A stretch of DNA of 64,000 bases, taken from Schmidtea nova. Taxonomy: Eukaryota. Location of the stretch: positions 163,184,001 to 163,248,000 of the forward strand of contig CM097882.1 in NCBI GenBank assembly GCA_044892505.1, given 5' to 3'. Below, piece by piece: positions 21,701-36,100 of the stretch (positions are counted from its first letter, which is position 1; the number at the start of each line of letters is the position of its first letter). The notes beneath the pieces were generated by a model. The model was not told the origin of the DNA and did not search any database. It saw nothing but the letters and a program-made list of their open reading frames with translations. The translations under genes and the position numbers were made by a program.

Positions 21701-24700
21701 TCCGTGGACGAGTAAGTTTCAAGCAATACATACCCAGTAAACCAGATAAATATGGAATAAAAATTTGGTGGATTGTTGAAAATGAAACGGCTTATCCTTT
21801 GAAAGGAATTCCATATTTGGGCAAAGAGGGTAACACGAGAGTATTAAATTTAGCCCAAAATGTTGTTAAAGAACTATGCATACCGTTTCATCGTTCAAAT
21901 CGAAACATAACATTCGATAACTATTTCACAAACTACGAACTAGTCAACTCTTTTTGTCTAAAGGCTTAACTACTGTTGGAACACTTCGCAAAAATAAGAC
22001 ATGTATACCTCAATCATTTTTGCCACATCCATCTAGAGAAGTTGAAATCACAAGTTTCGGATTTAGAAACACAATGTCAATAATTTCGTACGTACCACAA
22101 AAAATAGATGCGTCTTATTGTTATTTACGAGACGTCACACAATAAATGTTGATACTGAAAATAAAGGAAAACCTGATCAAATTTTGTTTTATAAAGCTAC
22201 AAAAAGAGGAGTAGATACAATGGACAAATTATGTCATGCTTTTACTGTCAGACGAAAAGCTAATAGGTGGCCTTCAGAATTTCATTAATGTTAGCGGCGT
22301 AGCTGCGCTTGCAATTTGGAGAAATTTTTACAATGAGAAAAAGTGTGATTCTAAATTAAAGCGTTTATTAAGGAAACCACATACGATTTAGTAAGGCCTG
22401 TTTTATATGTGAACCAAGAGTTAGAGTATGTTTTATGATTGTTTTCGTGCGGGGGGGGGCTTATTTGCCAATCCGAATTCCTGATGAATTTGCTAATCGC
22501 TTAATTGGGAATCACAATCAGCGTTTGCCTCATAAATTATATTTCCATCAATATAAACAATAATTGACTTTAACCTTCAAGTGTTGAGTCCCATTTTATT
22601 CGCATATTTGGCTCCAGGATCTACTATTGCTATGTGATTAAGGATGTGCCGAAATATCGTGTACTTAACAACTGAAAAACCCAAAATGAATTTTGATATA
22701 TAGTCATACAATTATGAAAATTATTGATATAAATGAAAACTTCAATAACATATAAAAAACTTGCCTATGATGAAAGTGTATGCGTGTGGTAAACAAATCT
22801 GGCAATAAATAATAATCTACACCGTGTTTCAAAATGTAAAGTACACCAGGTCTGAATTTGCAATATTAATTTGTTTCTATTTTAGATAATTGTTCTTGTT
22901 AAACGCAACAATTTTATTATTTTTTAACATGTTATATCCGGCCTATCAAAAGTCTCCAGTCAGTATTCGTGTGTGATTGTGATATTTGTTCCCATTGCTT
23001 TTCATTGTAAACTGAAATATATAAATAACTGCCGGATTGGAGACTTTTGGTAGGCCGGGGTTATATAAAATTTTAGAATTAGACTTTATATTTGAATTTA
23101 TTTTATCTTAAATGTAAGTTATTTTTTATTGTTTTGTTCAATGTTTTTTCTTCAATTGATTATACAAATTCAAGCAATATCACAGGTGATTTTTCAGTAA
23201 ATTTATAAAGTTTTCCCCCATTATATATGACCTGGATTAGTTTTCATTTGGATTTAAGAGAAATTCTTGAAAAATAGTTTTAATTTAATTAGAAAAAGTT
23301 TAGATTTTCCAGTATATTATTATTCGTTAAAGGGTAATGCCTAAACCGTCAGTGCATTAAGAAATTTTTAATTTATCTTTATTTGGAATATTTTTTATCT
23401 TATCGTTTTTAAATTTACCTTAATTTAGAAATTTCTTTAATTGATTGTCCGCAATGCTTGTATATTTTATTTTAGGAAATGTTTGTTGAGTAAACACGCT
23501 GTACTTGCTCGTTTTTCTATCTTATCTTTGTATTTCTACATTAAAATCTCCTCTGTACCTTAGATTTTCAAATGAGACGGGAAACTGTATCTTACTATGT
23601 ATTAATTCCATTTATATTATAGGCGGAACTTAATATTTCGGTATTAATTTTTAACTTTTTTGAGCTCTTATTTTAAATCAATCAAACCACACAACACAAT
23701 AACTTTTTTCTAATCTAGCACAATGATTTACACTTGTCAATAACACTCCTGGCTGAACTTACTGTCGATTTCTTACCTTTTTATTCTGAAAGTTTTTGAA
23801 AATCTTTTCGACCAACTTGTAAGAATAATGAATTTGTTTCCTTTTTTTATAGTATTTTTTAGTTGAATATCTATCCAATTTCGATTGAATTACTGGCCGG
23901 TGTCTCAATCAATTTACCTAAAACTTATTTATTCATCTAAGATTCGGGTTCCGTTACCGCTCGGGTTTTCCTTTTTACTACGGGGTTTTCCGATAGTTAA
24001 TTTGCTTGGGGTAATTGGGTTACTTGTTGGCACATGAGCTTCTTCTAAACTACCCAATTTTCATTTTTAATTAAATAATTTTGTAGATGACCTTGGTTTT
24101 CCATACCTTTCAATTTCCCATTGATTCTGGCTTCCCATTAAATAATTGATTTTTTTAATTAGTTTGAGTTTTAATATTTATTTCTGAGGACCCTCTTTTG
24201 ATTTTATATTATTATATTTGGATTCGTTTGACATTGTTTGGCATTCGCATATATCACTTTCTCCGCAAAATATTTGCTTTTTAATTTTTCTAAATTTTAA
24301 TTAATTTTTTGCATTATGATGTTGTTATTGTTTTGCACTTAGTTTTTGACTTTTCATTTTACTGTGTGCTTGTTCAGTGCCCCAACAGTATTTAATCGAG
24401 AGTTTGGAATGTGTTAAAGTAAAAGCCTAATAATCGATGTATGCGTTTTGACAGAGTTAAATACGGTTTTTAAAAAAGTTTTCAAATGTCAATTTTTAAA
24501 ATTTATTTTGATATTTTAATTTATTATATTTGATTTCTATTTTTCATAGAAATTTGAATGTAAGTGCATTTGTGAATATTAAATGCCTCAAAACAAAAAA
24601 TCAGGTTAATGTGAAAGATGAAAACAGAATATCTAAATCTCTTAGCAAATCAAACTACTCGTTAAAATCTAATTCTTTGAAATCATTTTCTTCTAAAATA

Positions 24701-27543
24701 TTTAGAAAATTTAGTCAAAATAAAGTATCCAGTGTAAATTCTTCTCATTTATCAATGACTAATTTTCCAATTTCTAAAGTGATAAAATCCTCAAATGTGA
24801 TTTTTAATATTTCTGAATGTGAAGTCAATTCATCGAACTTTAGCAACACTGATTCAAATAAAGTTATTAATTTGAAACGAAGTCAATCTGACAGTACAAG
24901 GCAAAACATTGAAAAAACAGTAAAATCTTCATATGATGATAGAAATAGATTTTTCTCTGAAAACCAAAATTCTTTATTTCCCCCAGATATAGAATTATTT
25001 GATTTTGAAAAGAATACAAATAATAATAATAATATTTCGAATTCATTTACCAACTCATTAGATTCCATTTTAATGAATATGGACAAAGTTCCGTCAGTGC
25101 CAAACATGAAACCCACTTTATCACAATATCCAGAATATCAAATTAACAATAAAAACAACGATGTACGTGGTTATATTATTCTAGTAATATTGGTGATGGT
25201 GATTTAAGTTGATTCATCTTACAACATTGATGTTTACGATTCAGGTTATTCCATTTATCATATATTTTTAATTTAACATTTTATTTTATAATTTAATATG
25301 TTCTAATTTATTTTAGTTTAACGTTTAGGTTATTCAAATAGAAAGCGTCTTACGATGCTAAATATAATTCTATAACATGGTTGTTTTGGATTTACTGGCT
25401 TTATCAGACATATTCCAGACGATTACTATAGACAGGGCGTACATTAAGTGTTCATAAACTTTGATCGATTTGGTTCCAATTCTCAGAGGTCGGGACTTCG
25501 GGAATTTTTCCCGAGGCCCTGCACTTTCATATTCTAACAATTATTAGTAGCTAAGCAAAAACTTTTTTTACAAGTCGGATGTTAACGCAGGTCTTTTTCT
25601 GCATTTTAATATCAATGAATTGTAATATCTTGACTCTAATACGCACTTGTTTCACATTTTAGTCAGAAAAAATAAGGATGCATATTATACTCGTATACAA
25701 AAAAAGTATTGAATTTAATTCTTTTTCTTAATTCTATTTAATTCTCAGCTATAAAGATAGGACATTTTTTCACAATATAAAGTGGACAAACAAAATATAT
25801 TAAAAAACAATGTGTTGTAATAGCATTCTCAATTTTTAAAGAACTGTAGCCATTGTAACTATAGACACAGAAAGTAATGAAAAGACTTTAAAAAACAGAT
25901 GGCTTTGGATCAAAGCACGGCGTCTACAAATGTGTAGGGCCTTTTCAATAAAATAACAAACCAAATAATAAATGCAAATAAATAATTATGTTCATGTATC
26001 ATTTTTGGGAAGGGGCCCCGCATATAATAATTTCTCAAGCCCCCGCAAAACCCAGAGCCGGTCCTGCCGATACTCAAACTGCCATCAGCAAATTCTCAAA
26101 CCAAAATGAGCAAATAATTGAGAATTTTTTAACTACAAGAATGGAACCCCGTACAGGATCAACTGCATTTGAATTAGTTCCATTAAGGTCATCTTGGATT
26201 ATTTGATATTAAAATTGATAAAAGCAAATATTTTGATCGGCAATACCATCACTAAGCTTCTTTTAACCAATTATCATATCAATCCATTAATTTAAATTAG
26301 CTAAAAAGAATTAACACGCTAAAGGTTTTCTATGAAGTCTAATAAATTCTCTCGAATCTCTTATCCAAACAAAGTCAATAAGATATCATTAGACGCCAAT
26401 TCATAAATAAAACTTAATTTTTCCTAATTATTCGAGATTGTTTATGATCGTCAATCCCATAAGTAATGAATTTCAAATCAGTAAATCAACAAATATATTA
26501 TTTCAATAATGAAAATTCACGAAGTACTTTTCTTTTTTTTCTTTCTCCTGAATTCAGGAGAAAGAAAATATCTAGAAAGAAGTAGGAAGTTAATTGGAAA
26601 GAATTTTGTATTGGAGTGATCAGGATCTTTTTAAGATCGAAATATTTTATTTAAATAAACATTGCGGAGAAGGCTTAACGTTGTTAACTTATTATTACAT
26701 AATAATTATTATAGTAATAAATATTAATAATGATAATAATAATAATAATAATAATAATAATTATTATTATTATTATGATAATAATAATANNNNNNNNNNN
26801 NNNNNNNNNNNNNNNNNNNNNNNNNNNNNNNNNNNNNNNNNNNNNNNNNNNNNNNNNNNNNNNNNNNNNNNNNNNNNNNNNNNNNNNNNNNNNNNNNNNN
26901 NNNNNNNNNNNNNNNNNNNNNNNNNNNNNNNNNNNNNNNNNNNNNNNNNNNNNNNNNNNNNNNNNNNNNNNNNNNNNNNNNNNNNNNNNNNNNNNNNNNN
27001 NNNNNNNNNNNNNNNNNNNNNNNNNNNNNNNNNNNNNNNNNNNNNNNNNNNNNNNNNNNNNNNNNNNNNNNNNNNNNNNNNNNNNNNNNNNNNNNNNNNN
27101 NNNNNNNNNNNNNNNNNNNTCAACTTTGATCTTTTTTTATTATTAATATCAATAATTCCCATAATGGATGACTATAGATCAAAATATCTCTAAATAAGTA
27201 CACAATATTTCGGCACAGCCTTTATCAAGTGTGTATTTAATAATAATAATAAACTATTAAATAAAAATGGCAATTTATTCAAATATATAAAAAAACACCA
27301 TTTTTTAAAATATATTAATGCAATATATTTCAACAGCTCAGCTGTCATCATCAAACTCTAAATAAATTTAAAATGTTTTTATTATATTTATAATTTTTTT
27401 AATTAAAAGAAAATTCTTTTTAGAAAAATCAACATCCTACCATTATCGATTCATTCAAAAAAAGTAAATTTTAATTTATTAAATGAAACTTAAAGATAAT
27501 TATTTTTATGGAACATTCGTCCATACTCATTGTAGTGCCTCCG

Positions 27544-27609
<66 letters not shown>

Positions 27610-30600
27610 AAAAAACGTGGCAATGATTTAATAATAGAAAAACGCCAACTAAATAAATTCAACATAAACGCGATATATTTCGATTGTATAACAATATTCG
27701 TCAGGCAGCAATCAGGACAATCAATAATTAAATAGAAAATATGCAATATCTAAACAAATTAACTAATAATAATCATCTCTATACTATATATTTATACTAT
27801 CAAAATTTAATTTAATTTTTTTATTAGATAAAATTTAAAAAATTATGTAAAACAACATTTTTGATAATTCAACATACATTTTTTTAAAAAATAAAATAAA
27901 ATTTTACAATTCAGCATTCAATTTACAAATTTAAAAAAATGAAAATGTCGTTGGACATTAATTAGTGAACATACTGCTAACTTTGCAAGACGTGGAAACA
28001 ATTCTAAATTGATCCTTGTCGACATGTTTGAGAATCTTATGCTTAAATTCTCTGAAGCCCTCAGAATAAGGCAATACCAACACATATTTCGGCTCCGTGC
28101 GATTAGATCGATTTTTGTCACTTTCCGAAATTAACAAAGTACTTTTATCAGAATCAATAGGTGCATTGCATTCAGACGCACGCATACCAAGATCATTAGC
28201 ATTCAACCTTAACTTATTCACGGTCACTTTCGTCATTTTCTCAAGAAAAGATTTAGAGTAACCATTTTTAAGTAACTGATAGTGGTCTGTATACAACGCC
28301 TGAGACTTTTTGTGACTTTAAATATAAGAGGAATATGCTGAGAGGATTAGTGTTTCGTGCTTGGTCACTATCTTCTACGTTTGTGAATTCAGTAAACAGT
28401 ATTGATGCCTTGGTTGAATTGTTACTGACATGAAACATCCCGGAAGTCGAGACTGCTTGGCAAACAAATTCCCTCTGTCTCACCAACCTGAATCCAATTC
28501 GACAGACTTCAGTCACTCTATATTCACATTTACCTGAAAGATCCATAGTAATGACAAGTTCAGAAGACAAAACGTTATCTGTAGGTCATAGATTGAAATT
28601 GAGAGATTCGGCAAATGGAGAATCAGAAGCTGTCATGCTTTCATTAACATAACTGTCGTTATTCTCATCCATATTTAATTGAAGAATTTCGAATGAAAAA
28701 GGAACACAATCAGATTAAATTTTAAATCAGCTTTAATCCTTTATTAATTTAAAAAATCCAATTACAAATACATTACAAATTCCAATTCAAAAACCCTTTT
28801 TTAAACCCACAATTACCAATTAAAATTTAAAATTCTGATAAACCCCGTATTATTTAAACAACCTTTTTTAAACAAGTAAATTAGCCATTAATTAATAGTT
28901 TTTTTTATAATTACCAAATATAATTTCCTAGAATCAAAATTTCATAAAAAAAATTAATTTTGAATATCAACAAATATATTTACAGACTTCGTTTTGGAAT
29001 CTTCATTTTATTACTTTATCGACTATTTCAAGAGCAACCATTTAAAAATAATGTTATTTTAATAATTAAAAGGCAATATTGTTTAAAACATCTATGTTGA
29101 AAGTAATAGATCTGGCTTGTTCATCATTGATATGTGCAAGTTACCCATATATCGAAATTACAGTTAAGTTTCTATCATATTTTAATAATTTTATATTCTC
29201 AATTGTTACGTAAATAATAAGTAAAATTAACAATCAAAATTAAAAATCAAAATTTTTATATAATAGTTAAAAGATGCGATCTCTCGCAGTTCTTGCTAAT
29301 TTTTCAGATTACTGAATTTATTTTAAAGCATTTTTTTAATAAATTATAAAAATATGTTTTACAGTTAAAAGAAATTCAAAGTCCAAATCTGTTAATGACA
29401 ATGACCGATTATTTACCAATGATTTTGAAACTGTAAGAAAATGCTTTTATTCTCCAACATTAAGTGTTAGCCAAATAAATGAATCTAAGGAATCAAGAAT
29501 TAAAATAAAAAGAGTTGCAATCAGAGCAAAAAGTGAACCACGTCAGCTAAAAATATCACGAATACAAGTACATNNNNNNNNNNNNNNNNNNNNNNNNNNN
29601 NNNNNNNNNNNNNNNNNNNNNNNNNNNNNNNNNNNNNNNNNNNNNNNNNNNNNNNNNNNNNNNNNNNNNNNNNNNNNNNNNNNNNNNNNNNNNNNNNNNN
29701 NNNNNNNNNNNNNNNNNNNNNNNNNNNNNNNNNNNNNNNNNNNNNNNNNNNNNNNNNNNNNNNNNNNNNNNNNNNNNNNNNNNNNNNNNCCTTTGATCTT
29801 TTTTTATTATTATTATCAATAATTCTCATAATGACTATAGATCAAAATTTTTTTTTATATAAACAATAACACAATTTTAATTTTAACACAATTAATTTTA
29901 GAAGTTCTAAAATTAGCAATAAATTCAGATACTGTCATAATTAAAGAAAAACCATTCAAACAAATTCATGGATTAGCCATGGGTAATAACCTTTCTCCCA
30001 TCTTAGCCATCTTCTACATGAACTTTATAGAATCTAAGATCATATCTTTTTTTGGGGACAAAATACTTTTCTGGAAACGATACATCGACGACATCTTCAT
30101 AGTCTCCACAATCCCTCTCAATCAAATCCTATCACACGCAAATTCTACTAACACCAACATACAATTTACTTTTGAAACACCGAACACAGAAGGTAAAATA
30201 CCGTTTTTAGATACCATGGTAAGTTTCACAAAAGGCCAAGATACACTAAATGCAAACACCGAGCTATATTCTAAAGGTTTACATAGCGGTCATATCCTCC
30301 CATGGAAAAGCCACGTTCCACTTCAACGCAAAATCGCATTACTAATAGGAGAAAGAAAAAGAGCCATAAGAAACTGTTCAGACGCAAACAAAATACAAGA
30401 AACATTAGAAAACTTCAAAATACGATTCCTCCAAAATGGATACCCTGAAGACTTTGTAAAGAAACACTTCCTTAACGAACCATACCACAATAAACGCAAC
30501 AATAGAAAACGCCAGAAACACAATAACAATAACAAACACACAACATATCTAAGATTACCTTTCCTAAATGACACTACAGCCAACAAAATCACCAACATTT

Positions 30601-32890
30601 TTAATCAAACAGATTTGCCTATCCACATCCGTCCAACGTTCATAACCTCCGCACCGTTAAAATCACAACTCCGAAAGCCACCAATTTCCAACATCTCCAA
30701 ACATAAATGTCTTTGTCGTTCCACAACCCGATGCTTTTGCTTTTCCAAAAATATAGTATATAAACTTTCTTGTCAAAAATGTGACGCTACTTACATAGGA
30801 GAAACACATAGAACTTTTCGCACCCGACTTAATGAACATACTAAAATCAAAACCAGTAATTATTACGAACACTGGGAAAAAGTACATAAAACAACTCCAT
30901 CTATAGAAGAAACAAAATGCCAGATCCTACAAGAGGGATTCAAAAATTCATTACAAAGATTAGCTTCCGAGACTTTTTTCATAAAAAAATACAAACCGTC
31001 CATCAACATTCAATTCGCACAAAAAAATTAAAATAAAATAAATTTTTTCATCCAATAAAATCATTATAAAATATTAAAAAAATAATTAAGGCTACTATTT
31101 AGGATTAAGTAAATATAACGATAGAAATACACACTTGATAAAGGCTGTGCCGAAATATTGTGTTATTGTTTATAAAAAAAAAATTTTGATCTATAGTCAT
31201 NNNNNNNNNNNNNNNNNNNNNNNNNNNNNNNNNNNNNNNNNNNNNNNNNNNNNNNNNNNNNNNNNNNNNNNNNNNNNNNNNNNNNNNNNNNNNNNNNNNN
31301 NNNNNNNNNNNNNNNNNNNNNNNNNNNNNNNNNNNNNNNNNNNNNNNNNNNNNNNNNNNNNNNNNNNNNNNNNNNNNNNNNNNNNNNNNNNNNNNNNNNN
31401 NNNNNNNNNNNNNNNNNNNNNNNNNNNNNNNNNNNNNNNNNNNNNNNNNNNNNNNNNNNNNNNNNNNNNNNNNNNNNNNNNNNNNNNNNNNNNNNNNNNN
31501 NNNNNNNNNNNNNNNNNNNNNNNNNNNNNNNNNNNNNNNNNNNNNNNNNNNNNNNNNNNNNNNNNNNNNNNNNNNNNNNNNNNNNNAAAAAACACAAATT
31601 GCGCACACAGACTACAAAGTCTGGTGCAACAGACGAACAACCAGTGTCAAAACATGGGTTTATGAATACAAACAAAATATCAATTGAGTCAATGACAATC
31701 TCCGGATAAGCCATTGCCCAAAATAACACGTCAATTTTAGTTTAAAATGAAGGTTTTGACCACTGTTTTTTTGTTCATTATGAATTTCTTCCGAAAGACA
31801 AAACGACCAAGAGTATTACATCGGTGTTATGAAATTTTTGCGTGAAGCTGTGCATTTGAAAAGAAAAAATGGAAATTTTAGTGATTTTTTCTTGTCCAGC
31901 AGACTCAAAAAGCTACTTTGAGGAACTTATTTTAATAGCATTGATGTAATAAAAGACAAATTGAAGTCTCTCATGGCTATGCCGAAGATTGATTATGAAA
32001 AAAACATTCGAGCACTGGATTAAACGTTGTCACAAATATATTGCTTAGGGTGAGGATTAATTTAAAGGGTAACTTCGAAGGATTAATTTGCCGCCTGTCA
32101 ACTGTTTTTTTAATTATTTCACTATGATGATTTATCGTTGAACCGGTAAGTCATACCCTTTTGAGCTAGGCTATTCAGATCTCGTATTTTGGTAAAATTG
32201 TTAATGCTATCTCGTTTACAAACATTGAGACTAATAACAATTATTAATTTTTAAGATTCGAAACTCTGGAAAGTGGGAAATTCCTAAATCTGACATTACT
32301 AAGAGCTATAGAATAGGCTCCGGCTCATATGGTACTGTATATAAAGGCTATTGGCATGGAAATGTTGCAATTAAAGAATTAAATGTCTTTAATCCATCTT
32401 CAAGTCAGCTTCGAGCATTTATAAATGAAGTGTCTGTTTTAAGAAAAACTAGACACGTTAATATTGTTTTATTCATGGGGTATATTATCAAACCGAAATT
32501 AGCAATTGTGACTCAGTGGTGTGAAGGTTCAAGTCTTCATAAACATATCCATGTTTTGGAAAAGAGTTTTAATTTCCATGATATTATTGATATCTGTAGA
32601 CAAATATCTCAAGGAATGGAGTAAGATTTTAGTATTGATTTTAAAAAAATATCAGTTTTTTTGATCATTTAAATTCTGAATTTTTTCAATAAATGATGGA
32701 GAACTTTTAGAATCATTATTAATTTTGACCCTAAAATTATTTTATGAAAAATATTATTAAATTACAATTTTATTTTCTTAATCTTTTAATGCTTACTTTT
32801 TCTAAATTACACTTTAAATATATATATATATATATATATATAAACAAGCATTCATATACTAAAACCATATATGTTAGAACAATAGTCAAG

Positions 32891-32932
<42 letters not shown>

Positions 32933-32981
32933 AAACAAGCATTCATATACTAAAACCATATATTTTAGAACAATAGTCAAG

Positions 32982-33054
<73 letters not shown>

Positions 33055-33101
33055 TTCTTGACTATTGTTCTAAAATATATGGTTTTAGTATATGAATGCT
33101 T

Positions 33102-33172
<71 letters not shown>

Positions 33173-36100
33173 TATATGAATATATATGAATATACCATAT
33201 ATTTTNNNNNNNNNNNNNNNNNNNNNNNNNNNNNNNNNNNNNNNNNNNNNNNNNNNNNNNNNNNNNNNNNNNNNNNNNNNNNNNNNNNNNNNNNNNNNNN
33301 NNNNNNNNNNNNNNNNNNNNNNNNNNNNNNNNNNNNNNNNNNNNNNNNNNNNNNNTTTTCAAAAAATTGTAATTCAACTTGCACAACTACGATTTAAAAA
33401 TAAACTTGTAATATGTCACTGTCTAATCTGCATGAGCATGTCATTCAAAACTTTGAATGAAATGACCTTTGTAATTCATTATTTTTCTTATTCACAGGAG
33501 AATGTGAGAACCTCAAATAGATTTTATTTCATATTTTTTGGAACCATCAAGAAATTGTTGTACAGTAGTGAACTTCGTTATAAAACAAAGTTGTCTGTTT
33601 ATTTCGATGATTTTAACAAAAGTTCTTGTCGTGATTTACAACGATTTCACATAAAATACAGAATGGTTCATTATTCGGCGACTTTTTAAATTTTTTTAGA
33701 AACATTCGCATGATTTCATAAATTTTTGATGCATTACTTTAAACAACTTCGCACATGCTATTTAAACTTAAAACTTAGACCTGAAGTTTACTTAATTCAA
33801 AGATAAAATATAAAAAGTATAAAATAAAATTACCTATCTAAGGATACAGCGTACTATTGACTTGTAATACATATTTATATATTATTGTTATATTGTTTAT
33901 ACATTCTGTTTGGTAAAATGCTAAAGCAATATAATAAATTTAGCAAATTGAATAAACGAATAAAATTAAATATGATCAATTATACTGAACTGACTAAGGG
34001 GCCTCGAAGTAAATCCATATACCTAAAGTTTATATACAATAAGAACTTGTTGGTCAACGACAGAAATGTTAAAAAACAAAAGTTTATTAAGTTTACTTTG
34101 AAAAATGTTTTAAATTATAAACAAATAAATAATAATTTTTTCTTTAAAATTAGGCGCCTTGTGTAAATTACTTAGTAAAATGTACTTAAGATTGATTTTG
34201 ATTACTTACAATTAAACCTGCTATAATTTGTCATCTCTCATTTTTATCAGCAAGATTTCAGTCCACTAATTTCATTATATAAGTACTGATCTGTTAGCGA
34301 AATATAATTTATTTATTAAAATTTATTTCTAATTCGCTTTTTCTCAAGTAAAAATATTGTAAAATACAGTTGGTACTCACTTTAATGTGATTTAAGAATA
34401 ATTACAATCTGTGGATAATTTGGACTGATTTTCGATATACTAAGTTTTCACTTTTTCCGTAATTCTGTATTTTTATTTTAGAAATTATGATTTAATAATA
34501 AAAAGGATAAGTAATAACTAGAACGTATAACTAACGCATAATAAATGTATAAAATATTCTCATTCGAAAATGAATTTAAGACGAGCTCTAGATCGTTTTT
34601 ATATAATGTAAATGTTAGCGTTAGGACTAGGTTTTATTAATTTTTTAATCTACAAGTATTTTACCTTGTTCTTAATTGATTAATATATTAATTTAATACA
34701 ATACTGTTTCGTTTATTTAAAATAAAAATTCTGAATATTTTATTTTTACTTAAGATATTTACATGCTAAATCAATTATTCACCGAGATTTAAAATCAAGC
34801 AACATATTTTTACACGAAAAAATAATCAAAATTGGTGATTTTGGTCTATCTACAGTTAAGTGCTCATGGTCAAAATATAGATCTCAACACCCAACTGGGT
34901 CGATTTTATGGATGGTAGAAATTTTACTTTTATATATAATAAATTAATATTGTAATAATTTTTTTAAATAATTTTATTATTTAAAAATATATATGTTTAA
35001 CTATTTAACTATAAAGCCCGTTAAATGATGGTCGAAATTTTTTAAAATGACTTCTAAAATTATATAACCAATACCACAAGCTGTCACTTATTACGAGCAA
35101 ATGAGACATATTTTAAGTGCAATTGGCACTAATTTAGTAAATTTTTGTCTTATTTTGATGTTTAAATGTATTTTATTTCTTAAATTAAATATAATTATGC
35201 ATTTATATAAATATTTGAGGATTTTTCTTATTATTTTGTTAAAGGGTAATATTTTAATAATGATTATTTTAGCGTAAATATTATCTAAATGATAATTTAT
35301 GTCTTTCAATGATATATTATTCGACACGTAAAACATTCAAAATATCCGTAAAAATCTTTTTTTTTAAATTTTAAGTGTCCGTAATTAGCTGATTTTTACT
35401 TAATTTATGTCCATATGTGTGTATTTTTATTAAAGGTTCTTGTATGTTTTTTGACTTTTTATTCTTCTGGTTTACTTTACTAATTGTACGTATTTTTGAC
35501 TGCTCACTTAATTTTTGTCCTTATTTGAAGTAAGTATATACTTTAAAGTAAGTATATACTTGTTCTTTTGCAGTGTTACATTAAGTAGCATCACCTATAA
35601 TATAAAAAAATCAAAAAGCTTACCGTATAGAAAAATGCACACCTACCGTTACACTATTCATTGCTGGTTTACTCAGCAAAGCATTTGTCGTAGAATAAGA
35701 GATTAAAAAATTTAAGCACACACAAAAACAAAACATAGAAAAAACAGATGCAAACATTCAGACGCCTTAAACGTTTCAATTGGTAAAAGCACCATATTGT
35801 TGGGGTTAGTATAAAAATCACAAAAGTAACAAGAAATAATAGTAAAAAGCAAAGAAATATCAAAATAAATAAAAGATTTATTAAAATTTATCAAGAATTT
35901 AAAATTAATATTCATCGGGGGAAATGGGTATGGTTGAATGCCAAATCAAGACGAACCCAAAAATAATAATAGAAATTTAGTAAGGGGTCTCCAGAGAAAG
36001 TTATATAGTAAAAACAAACTAATTGAAATTAATTAATCGTTCAATGGGAAGCCTGAGGCAATGGGAAACCCAAACGCAGTAGAGACCGTGAGATCAAAGG

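Larger units (their letters stand above)
20576..23334 (+). mobile_element. Decayed piggyBac transposon; transposase remnant ~20934-22300
   Basis: [44 protein letters not shown] with stops and frameshifts; TTAA-CCTTTAAC left end; CGTTAAAGGG right-end candidate (boundaries tentative). Confidence 0.8.
29830..31200 (+). mobile_element. 5'-truncated Penelope-like retroelement with 3' pLTR and an inverted pLTR fragment at the 5' end
   Basis: 29830-29875 is the reverse complement of 31157-31200; RT plus GIY-YIG ORF between them; hammerhead in the 3' pLTR. Confidence 0.92.

Noticed and set aside
25434-26063. Possible hAT-type MITE with GC-rich ends
   Set aside because: Ends match only partly and no 8-bp TSD was found.
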